In this document: positions 54,901 through 61,892 of the stretch, piece after piece
Layout: every line of letters begins with the position of its first letter
Position numbering within the stretch: position 1 is the stretch's first letter
From: a virus
Taxonomy: Duplodnaviria; Caudoviricetes
IMG/VR virus record: IMGVR_UViG_3300036945_000312
Coordinates: 1 to 61,892 of that record
Reading direction: 5' to 3' (one strand)
Length of the DNA stretch: 61,892 nucleotides
Notes under the pieces: model-generated
Database searches by the model: none
What the model was told of the DNA's origin: nothing
The model's input: the letters and a program-made list of their open reading frames with translations, nothing else
Translations under genes and position numbers: made by a program

Positions 54901-57900
54901 CACGGGCCCTTTGCAACTTTTGGGGCTTTTGCAGGAGCTTCCTCTTGCACAATATCTGGGGCTCCGGGTTTGACCAGAGCGCCAAACATTCCTCCTGTAG
55001 GTGCTAGTGCAGCGGGAGTTGGTCTTTTAGGCGCTACAGTAGCGGGCTTGACAGGTTCTGGCTTGACAGGTTCTGGCTTGACGGATGCCGCAGGTTTTGC
55101 GGGCGCTTTTGCTTCGGCTGTAGGCTGTGTAGTCCACGTAATCGGCAGGGTTCCTGTAGGCGTAGTACCTCTCCGTACATACTGCACAGAGCCATCAGGC
55201 AGCGTAGTCTTGGTGAACTCCGAATTTAGAATACGTCGCGTAGCCGGTAACGGAGTAAACTTTGCAGGGTTTTTAACAGTTACAGAATTTACTGCTTTAG
55301 GAGCAACTACGTCCGTACGAAACTCTTGCCCCGTAGCTTCTGAAGTACCGGGTTTGCTATGGAGTTTACCGCTAATTGAGTTAGGTCGAAATTCAATAAA
55401 AACACCCGCGTTCCCTTGCTGTCCTAGTGCTAAGTCAGCGTTGTCCGAAACGAATACTTGATTTAGCTCAAACCGTTTGTCATGGCTCAGCAAGCTTTCT
55501 AGGCCTTGCGTATTTGTTTCATGGTATGTGGACTTGTCCCGCGCAACAACTTTTGGGGTAATACCGCCCGGGCCTACAGAAAACCGTTTTATCGAATCTA
55601 CATCCGGCGCAGTAGTTTCAGGTTTCAGTGCAGGGGTAGCTGATCCTTCAACTCCAGTTCCTGTGCTAGCAGGTGGTTCAACAGGTGCCAGTCCGAGTCC
55701 GACAGTTTCCGTAGGCTGCGCGGGGGCAACGGCTGCGGCGGGCTGAACGGGTGCTGGTTGGGCAGGTGCGACAGGTTGAACAGGTGCAGCCACGCTAGGC
55801 TGACCTCCTCCGGGCTCAACGGCTTGGTTAACTGCAGTCGGCGGGGCACTCGGGGGTTGAACATTGGTAGGCTCCGGAGGGATAGCTTTGAACTCGGGAC
55901 GAGCTAAATACCTGTCAATATTAGCCTGAATTCCGGGGCTTTTACCCGGGCGATACAACTCCAAGTCCCGCTTTATCTGCACGGCGCTGGCAGGGTCCGC
56001 GATATCCATCCCCGCAATGGGAGCCTTGCGGATAACCGCAGTAGGGCCAATACCCAAAGCTTTAAACGTATCAGGGCCTAGGACCGCAGGGGCAGTTTCA
56101 GGAGTGTAGACCGTAGGCGCAGGGCGCAGGATGGGTTCTGGAACAGGAGGAGCGACAGTTTTTGTCGCCTCGGGTACTAGGAGTTGCCGTTGACTCGCAT
56201 ACTCAGCCGGAAGTTCAAAATTCTGCGAAGGCAGTACGCCAAATTCGGCATCCTTAGCTACTAAAGGATGGGTAGCTGGAAGATCAACATAAAAAACATT
56301 TCCATTTGCCTTACTTGCCCATCCTTTAGCATTTTGTAAATCGCTAGTAAACCACAAGGGCCCAGTTTGCCCCGCGTCAACCCCCCCATGATAGACCCGT
56401 ACAGTATTTGCAGGGGGCGGAGGAGTTACTACGGGAGCGACAGTTTTTGTCGCCTCGGGGGTAGTTGTTGGCTTTCCTTCAGGAGTACGGCGCAACGGTA
56501 GTCGTTGCTGACCCATAGCCTCAAGCTCCTGTGGAGTGCGAGTAAGACCCGCATCCTGCATATTCTCGGTGGTTAAGTCAACTCCGCCGATCAGGTCTCC
56601 GACTGTGGGGGCCGCTTCATCGGGAGCAGGAGCAAGGGGCTTGCCAAACAAGTCAAGCTGTGGGGCCAGTTCGCCCTCGGGCATAGCGGCCCGCATCTCT
56701 ACTTGCTGCATTTCAGTGGTAGGCGGGGTACTTGGAACTTCGGGGGCTTCGGTTACTTTTGCCGCCGCCGCCGCTGCAGCAGCGTCCTCACGCTGCTTGG
56801 TAAGGTACGCTATATTTTGGGTTTTTAGCTCTGCCTGAATAGCTTGTTGTTGCGCTCGTATTTCTGGCGTCTGCGGAGCTTTCTTAAGGGTTTCCCCTAG
56901 TATCGTTAGCTCTCCGTAGCCTAAGGTTGATAGGTCTGGTAATGGCGCAGGAGCCACGGGCGCAGGAGGAGACGCTGCGGAATATCTAGGGCCTGTAGGC
57001 GCACGAGGTTGGGTAGGCGCAGCCGCAGCAGGACCCCCACGTTCTGTATATGCACTAACAGGGCCCGCAGCTAGGGCTCCGGATAGGGCTCCCGTAGTCG
57101 TCTCGCCCACTACACCCTGCATTGTGGGCGTTGGTACTCCTGCTTCAGTCAACGCAATGTTTGTAGCCGCTCGTCCTTGCCCGCCTTGAATCGCCTCGGG
57201 AATAGCTTCTTTACCGACTGCGGTAGCTACTCGGGTTCCATACCCACTAGCAGCTTTACGAGCGGTGTCCTCTGCAATTTTACTGGCGGTCTGCTTGCCA
57301 AACAGGCTAGTCAGATTCTTCTCTAATCCGGTACCTCCGGCAATTGCCCCAATACCCCCCGCAGCCAAAATACCGCCCCAGTTCTTCCCCAAATATTCTT
57401 GGGATTGCAGTGCCTGTTGCTTGGCGATCTTTTCTGGGACGCCCCTATCGGTCAATTCCTTTTGAACTTCTTCATAGATATTGCCTTTGACCTCACCCGC
57501 ACCTTGCAGCGCACCTAAGGCATATTTAGCTCCAATACCCACTGCAGCAGCCAATGCTAGCGGAGCGCCTAGGGAAGCCCCAAGAGCCGCAGCCCCTAAG
57601 CCTGCAGCTACCGGAAGGATCGAAGAGCCTAGGCCCTGTGCAGCCGTAAGCACGGGGGCCGCTGCAACATTCTTACCTGCCGTAAGTATTTCTTGCCCTA
57701 CGTTACCAGACTTAGCCGCAGCTTTGGTTTGCTCTGCTTGACGTTTAATCTCTGCTTGCCGCTCGGGTGTTAGCTTTGTACCAAGCCACTTCTGCAGTTC
57801 ACCCAGAGATTCCGCAGGTGCAACTTCCGCACCAAAGCCCTGTAGCGTTGACCTGCCCGCTCCCACTAAACCTTGTAAAGCTGTTAGGGCCGTATCCGAT

Positions 57901-58001
57901 ATAGAGCTTGGCGCAGCCCCAGTGGAGGGGGCGTTTAATTCAGGGGCAGATGCCCATGCAGGGGTTTCACTAGAAACTTCCGGGGCATCATTCCAACTCA
58001 T
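51897..58001 (-). CDS. Giant ejection / large polyvalent protein with ART-like inserts and LPD38-like C-terminus
   Basis: 2034 aa; Gly/Ala hydrophobic N-domain, Pro-rich linkers, C-terminal ELATNYSFFT.RPIV, SPVKLDY..RG, FYD motifs. Confidence 0.75.
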   Translation of the reverse strand: MSWNDAPEVSSETPAWASAPELNAPSTGAAPSSISDTALTALQGLVGAGRSTLQGFGAEVAPAESLGELQKWLGTKLTPERQAEIKRQAEQTKAAAKSGNVGQEILTAGKNVAAAPVLTAAQGLGSSILPVAAGLGAAALGASLGAPLALAAAVGIGAKYALGALQGAGEVKGNIYEEVQKELTDRGVPEKIAKQQALQSQEYLGKNWGGILAAGGIGAIAGGTGLEKNLTSLFGKQTASKIAEDTARKAASGYGTRVATAVGKEAIPEAIQGGQGRAATNIALTEAGVPTPTMQGVVGETTTGALSGALAAGPVSAYTERGGPAAAAPTQPRAPTGPRYSAASPPAPVAPAPLPDLSTLGYGELTILGETLKKAPQTPEIRAQQQAIQAELKTQNIAYLTKQREDAAAAAAAAKVTEAPEVPSTPPTTEMQQVEMRAAMPEGELAPQLDLFGKPLAPAPDEAAPTVGDLIGGVDLTTENMQDAGLTRTPQELEAMGQQRLPLRRTPEGKPTTTPEATKTVAPVVTPPPPANTVRVYHGGVDAGQTGPLWFTSDLQNAKGWASKANGNVFYVDLPATHPLVAKDAEFGVLPSQNFELPAEYASQRQLLVPEATKTVAPPVPEPILRPAPTVYTPETAPAVLGPDTFKALGIGPTAVIRKAPIAGMDIADPASAVQIKRDLELYRPGKSPGIQANIDRYLARPEFKAIPPEPTNVQPPSAPPTAVNQAVEPGGGQPSVAAPVQPVAPAQPAPVQPAAAVAPAQPTETVGLGLAPVEPPASTGTGVEGSATPALKPETTAPDVDSIKRFSVGPGGITPKVVARDKSTYHETNTQGLESLLSHDKRFELNQVFVSDNADLALGQQGNAGVFIEFRPNSISGKLHSKPGTSEATGQEFRTDVVAPKAVNSVTVKNPAKFTPLPATRRILNSEFTKTTLPDGSVQYVRRGTTPTGTLPITWTTQPTAEAKAPAKPAASVKPEPVKPEPVKPATVAPKRPTPAALAPTGGMFGALVKPGAPDIVQEEAPAKAPKVAKGPWDISGPSIGRGLQTEEELSALKAAKTTRIKAEQAKRQADALAKRDAAEAAKQAKAEAKQAKATGKKEFPQAKKQAGKVFFGAPKAPPVKSQAAQDAEDTLTAMGRTLPEEDSRSFPERVKETIAGFVPKRKQGESWVKTFADRAADALDASEPLKRAVREEARATMPEGEATDLLLQLSLSQASHAGAVADEALQTGGLKYNEATYKFQTTKSDANLKAINAEYGKMMEAYGLTLPEARYYASTALESKRMEALYKARDKMLADAATLEAAGKKEGAKKLQDKAEALVFHMEPDQITEGLKLFQTMPEIQKIDDIKQEMRSWIRDLLQKTGVWSEEHGQWMLDNAEWVPFNREFAESETIASGFNKFVKGLQVKAKEQAFKGSLRDVHDVVDNFSNWAAYSIRSAVANQKAQELAQASLEFLPDTEVRRVDTPAKGAADRTVSYLENGTTKYLEFESAAKAGVFRGMEAFGRATIPFIGGMLDATNNIFRASITNFPLFPVYQVAMDSISAVFIAGLKPKYAFKIPLTAMAEAVRTMTGKSQARETLREYGAVGVSDYNAMTHRTNAEVEAGLRKLSTWGKYQNLMQDINMGADNSVRQAVYLAARDAGLTEAEAIEKAFEIINFRTRLGNEGLTQVARNVVFFNSFLAATRAALKVISSEGISPGDRTQAKKSLLSNMAWLAGISFLMAAANVGDEDYEKMSRAEQASKLTLPGMHGWGIPMRPDIFTLPKFFAETLFRQYASKYADDPAKLSKTVRDVVINSLISGPMPVAQPIKVATELATNYSFFTQRPIVGQGLEKQESYLQAAASTSEASKFIGETSKRLLESAGIESQGISPVKLDYFLRGMLGMYGGAVMLMSNSLVGNKPSESIRDTVAAVPGMGRIAVKEFDSQIKNDFYDLAKQVDTAVVTVRKLESLGRIPEAKEYFTKNTKLLQYREAVGDIQRQLGEVRTAISTTSSRTDWDKAKKEAEVRRLKIIERQFLQRQEANIKMMRTKALG
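56149..56459. repeat. Two 26-bp direct repeats 285 bp apart
   Basis: GGAGCGACAGTTTTTGTCGCCTCGGG at 56149-56174 and 56434-56459. Confidence 0.9.
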
Positions 58002-59644
58002 TAGGGTTTTCTCCGAGTTTTACCGTCAGGTCCGATAAAGGTTGTTCCGCTTGCTAACGCATTGTACTCAGCATCATTAGCTATTTTTACAGGCCCGGTT
58101 GCAGCAGGGGCAGGTTCTTCCGTGCTACGTTTACCAGTAGTTCCGAACTCTTTTAGCTGGCGTTCAATTTCGTTAACACGCTGCTGCTTTTCCGCAAGAT
58201 CGGCTTTATCGGCTACCAAGCTAGGCTTGGCTAGGGCTTTCACTAGCGCATCCCGCTCCTTTATTAACGATACCATGTCTACCGGAGTTGGTGGAGCTTT
58301 TCCGGCCCCGCGCAACCCGGCTATCCCGGCTCGGGAAGCGGCATTTATCTTTGACGACTCAAGGCGTTGAGCCGCAGCAGTTTGAGCCGCTGCTTTAGCA
58401 GCTTCTCCAGACAAATATCGACCGGCTACGTTGCCCGAAGCGCCAACTGCCCGACCCATAGCTCCCAATTCAGCTTTCTTCGCTTCATTTTCCAGCTTTG
58501 CCAAGTTTTGCTGGTGCATAGTAGCGGCTTTAATATCGCCTTCAGCACGGGCTCTCTGCAGTCCTTGCATTTCAAACTGGGCTTTAGCCATAATCTCTTG
58601 GCGTTTAAGCGGCAGGTCCCGTAACGCAGCTTCTTCTGCCATACGTTCGGCAGATGAATGACCTAACGACTTACCCATACCGGCCATAAGACCGCCGATA
58701 CCTTGCCCACGGGAACCTTCGCCCGCAGCAATGAGAGACTGCCAAAGGTCCATACGGCGGCGACTCTGGATATCTTCTTTGGATTGCGTATCGCTCTCGC
58801 CCTGCTTGGCCTGCAAGTCAGTCAAGCGTTTAAGGTATTCTCCTTCAACATCCCGATTTACCATAGCGGCTTTTTCGGGGTCTGTTCTTGCAAGGTCGGC
58901 CAGTATCTCGGCCCGGGATTTAGGCGCGGGGCCTCGTTTTCCCATTTGCGCCATAAGCGCGGCTCTATCTGCGGAGTATGCCGCCATCGGATTTTCAGTA
59001 CCGGCACGGGCAAGCATTACAGGACTAGGAACTCCTCCCGTAGTATCGTCTTCTTCGTCATCATAGCCATCGTCTTCTTCATCTACACCCCCACCTCCGG
59101 CGTACCCGACAATACCGCCATCCCTATAACTAGCCATTCGAGAGTGAAGCGGGACTGAAGCCAAGCCACCTCGGGCCATCATTACAGGGGGTTCAGCTTG
59201 AGGCTGGGGCTGGGGTACCCCGCCCGGTACGGCACCGGGAGAACTCATAGCTTGTTGGGCTTGCTGCTGGCCCATCTGCTGCTGGCGCATATTGCCAAGG
59301 GAGGCAATACCCGCAGTCTGTTTGATCTGGTTTTCCAGATTGTCTTTGACCGTACCTTGTGGGGGTTGCCCTGTCTCTGCGTTTTTAGCAGCACGAGTGC
59401 GGCGCTCTATCTCACCTAAGGCAATATACGGGGGCACCATGCCGGGATTAGACCCGTTGGCGTACGCCATAACCGCTTGCTGCGGCATATCTTTTAGTTG
59501 TTCCTGAACTTTGAACAGGTTGATACCTGCTGCAGGGGCACTAAACCCTTGAGGCCCACCTTGCGGAGCCCCTTGAGGAGCCCCTTGAGGGGGACCGCCC
59601 ATTGGCTGACCCATAGGCATAGGTTGAGATTGCATTTGGTTCAT
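58001..59644 (-). CDS. Ejection / internal virion protein
   Basis: 547 aa; MARGG, YRDGG, YAGGG motifs; coiled coils; C-terminal GTTFIGPDGKTRRKP. Confidence 0.7.
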   Translation of the reverse strand: MNQMQSQPMPMGQPMGGPPQGAPQGAPQGGPQGFSAPAAGINLFKVQEQLKDMPQQAVMAYANGSNPGMVPPYIALGEIERRTRAAKNAETGQPPQGTVKDNLENQIKQTAGIASLGNMRQQQMGQQQAQQAMSSPGAVPGGVPQPQPQAEPPVMMARGGLASVPLHSRMASYRDGGIVGYAGGGGVDEEDDGYDDEEDDTTGGVPSPVMLARAGTENPMAAYSADRAALMAQMGKRGPAPKSRAEILADLARTDPEKAAMVNRDVEGEYLKRLTDLQAKQGESDTQSKEDIQSRRRMDLWQSLIAAGEGSRGQGIGGLMAGMGKSLGHSSAERMAEEAALRDLPLKRQEIMAKAQFEMQGLQRARAEGDIKAATMHQQNLAKLENEAKKAELGAMGRAVGASGNVAGRYLSGEAAKAAAQTAAAQRLESSKINAASRAGIAGLRGAGKAPPTPVDMVSLIKERDALVKALAKPSLVADKADLAEKQQRVNEIERQLKEFGTTGKRSTEEPAPAATGPVKIANDAEYNALASGTTFIGPDGKTRRKP

Positions 59645-60597
59645 GGTAACGTTACTCCCAATTTCTTAAGCGACTCTAGCAAGGCACCCATATTACCTAT
59701 AGTAGAGGTAGCTTGTCCGATCCCTGTTTGCTGGGGGGCCGTGTTTGTCGTTGTAGAGATTGGCAACCCCTGAAGCATAGACTGCAGGAACTGAACTTGC
59801 GATTTAGGGTAGTCACGTTGTGCAAGGAATTCGTTGTAGTCGGCAGTGATACCTTCTTGCTCAATACCTCGTTGCGCGGCACCTTGTTGCGATAGCAATC
59901 CCGCAAGACCCATACCTTGAGTTTGCTCAGTATTGAATTGATTGGTACCCTTATCAAAAGCAGTTGCGTAGCCTTGGCCTACCGTTTTGTTCATCTCTTG
60001 CATGAGATTACGCTGGGTTTCGGCATCCATAATACCCTGTCGGGCACCCCCAAAAGCGCCTGCGCCTGTCATTTTGGCAGCGTTACCCATTTGGGTAATT
60101 TGAGACTGGCGGCGTAGTTCCGCAAGCTGTGGGTCAAGCACAGACTGCAGATAGGGGTTCATGTATGACTGCGCCATACTTGAGGGTTGCCCGGTGCCCG
60201 TAGCCCCAGCAGTACCCGTAGCGGTTCCCAAGTTCTGCCCCGCGAGTCCCGGTTGCATAACGCCTCCAGTAGCATCTGTAGGAGGAGCCCCACCTACCGT
60301 ACCGCCTCCAGTACCTGCAGCCCCATACTGCGGGAAGAACGACCCGCCTTGTTGCGAAAAGGTACCTCCTAAGTTTTGGGGGAACGTCAGGTTGCCTAGT
60401 CCTTGGAACACTTTAGACTGTAGCCCGGACTCTCCGGCAGTCATAGGGCCTTGGTATGTCTGGTATGGCGTAGCAGCTATAGCTTGCGCCTGCCCCATCA
60501 TGTCAGTTACATAGGGCCCCGCCCAACTAGATAGTGAAGAAGAAGAGGTCCCCCCTGCGGCGGGGAGTGCGGAACCGGCTGTACCAGTAGTTGCCAT
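59641..60597 (-). CDS. Ejection / DNA-transfer (pilot-like) protein
   Basis: YMNPY, AGAFGGARQG, Gln/Gly-rich, QRDYP. Confidence 0.75.
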   Translation of the reverse strand: MATTGTAGSALPAAGGTSSSSLSSWAGPYVTDMMGQAQAIAATPYQTYQGPMTAGESGLQSKVFQGLGNLTFPQNLGGTFSQQGGSFFPQYGAAGTGGGTVGGAPPTDATGGVMQPGLAGQNLGTATGTAGATGTGQPSSMAQSYMNPYLQSVLDPQLAELRRQSQITQMGNAAKMTGAGAFGGARQGIMDAETQRNLMQEMNKTVGQGYATAFDKGTNQFNTEQTQGMGLAGLLSQQGAAQRGIEQEGITADYNEFLAQRDYPKSQVQFLQSMLQGLPISTTTNTAPQQTGIGQATSTIGNMGALLESLKKLGVTLP

Positions 60598-60606
60598 AAT
60601 AGGTCC

Positions 60607-61452
60607 TTATGCGGGAAGATGTTTATCGGCGCGAGTATTAGCGGCAATATCGGTGGCTTTGCGTCTCGCAGTTTGAATGCGTTTCATCATGGCATCGAGC
60701 CGTTGGGCCCCTGCTTTGGTAGACCCGTTGCCTAGTTCTGACACAATTCGCGCTGGAATAACGTACTCGCCATCGGCCAAAGCAGCGGGTTGGTGCCCAT
60801 CAATAGAGGCAGAAATCGAGTCCGATACGCCATCTCCCGGACCATCCAGTAAACGCCCCTTGGCTAGCGAAGCAATACCGCCTTGGGCAAACCCATTTTC
60901 AGGGAACCCCCCTGCAGGAGGTGCCGCAGGTGTTGGTACGGGCGTGGGCGCTACTGCTGGCGGCATAATTCCCGGGTTGCTGGTTCCTCGGGTATACGTC
61001 ATAGGGCTGAAGTACGTAACACCACCTGACCCGGGCCTACGTGGGGCTACAGGAGGAACTACGGCACCTGCAGCATTTGTAACTGGGGGTGGAGCTACAT
61101 ACCCGGTAGTAGACGGAGGAATAGGCAACATTTCGCGGTTTGCTGTGAGGTATGGGATACCTCCTTTGTAGCCTGTATCGGGAGTAGAGCCCCCCATAAG
61201 AGCGGAAAGTCCTAAGCCCCCCGCAAGTACGCCCGCAGAAGTGGGGGTTAGCCCTAGGGCCTTTATGATTTCTCGCCATGCCGGGGTATTGCTATAGCTT
61301 GAGACGTCTTCCGGAGTTAGCCCAAGGTCTGCAGTGGCTTGATCGCTATCGGCCCTAGGGTTAAACACAAATGGAGTGGTCGTATCCCCACCACCCGTGT
61401 AAGCGTCATACCAATTAAACAAGTCTGAATAGTCGTCAGTAGTATCTGCCAT
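60607..61452 (-). CDS. Internal virion protein with GPGDGxSDSI...DGEYV domain
   Basis: Start moved to ATG 61452; FAQGG, GPGDGVSDSISA, LADGEYVIPA..VSELGNGS..AGA..L. Confidence 0.75.
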   Translation of the reverse strand: MADTTDDYSDLFNWYDAYTGGGDTTTPFVFNPRADSDQATADLGLTPEDVSSYSNTPAWREIIKALGLTPTSAGVLAGGLGLSALMGGSTPDTGYKGGIPYLTANREMLPIPPSTTGYVAPPPVTNAAGAVVPPVAPRRPGSGGVTYFSPMTYTRGTSNPGIMPPAVAPTPVPTPAAPPAGGFPENGFAQGGIASLAKGRLLDGPGDGVSDSISASIDGHQPAALADGEYVIPARIVSELGNGSTKAGAQRLDAMMKRIQTARRKATDIAANTRADKHLPA

Positions 61453-61453
61453 A

Positions 61454-61892
<439 letters not shown>

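Noticed and set aside
51897-58001. Virion RNA polymerase using hairpin promoters (N4- or crAss-like)
   Set aside because: No DxDGD or T7-type polymerase motifs seen; the sequence fits a polyvalent ejection protein

Overview
The window is an essentially complete, circularly permuted ~62 kb tailed dsDNA phage genome with a short-tail (P22-like portal/gp4/gp10) architecture, most likely infecting a freshwater Betaproteobacterium (inferred from gene families, not proven). Late genes lie on the - strand (29226 down to 1, continuing from 61892 down to 51897): terminase, portal, an AT-rich cassette of two 2OG-Fe(II) dioxygenases plus a GT2 glycosyltransferase, GroES, scaffold, Mu gpT-like capsid, tail and lysis genes, and ejection proteins including a 2034-aa polyvalent protein. 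Early and replication genes lie on the + strand (29588-51905): AAA ATPase, DUF2201 peptidase-VWA, DUF3150-like protein, family A polymerase, Cas4-like nuclease, SNF2 helicase, SSB-like protein and primase-helicase. The contig breaks inside a (Thr-Pro)34 / Pro41 tract of what appears to be one large virion gene. I saw no integrase, tRNA, CRISPR array or reverse transcriptase. Main leads: (1) a perfect 14-bp palindrome AACTAATATTAGTT, seen 11 times plus near-copies, only in the early arm; (2) a prolyl-hydroxylase/glycosyltransferase cassette co-occurring with an extensin-like polyproline virion protein; (3) several structured non-coding RNAs; (4) ADP-ribosyltransferase-like modules, one flanked by 26-bp direct repeats, in the giant ejection protein. 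All family calls are from motif recognition by eye, without database searches.
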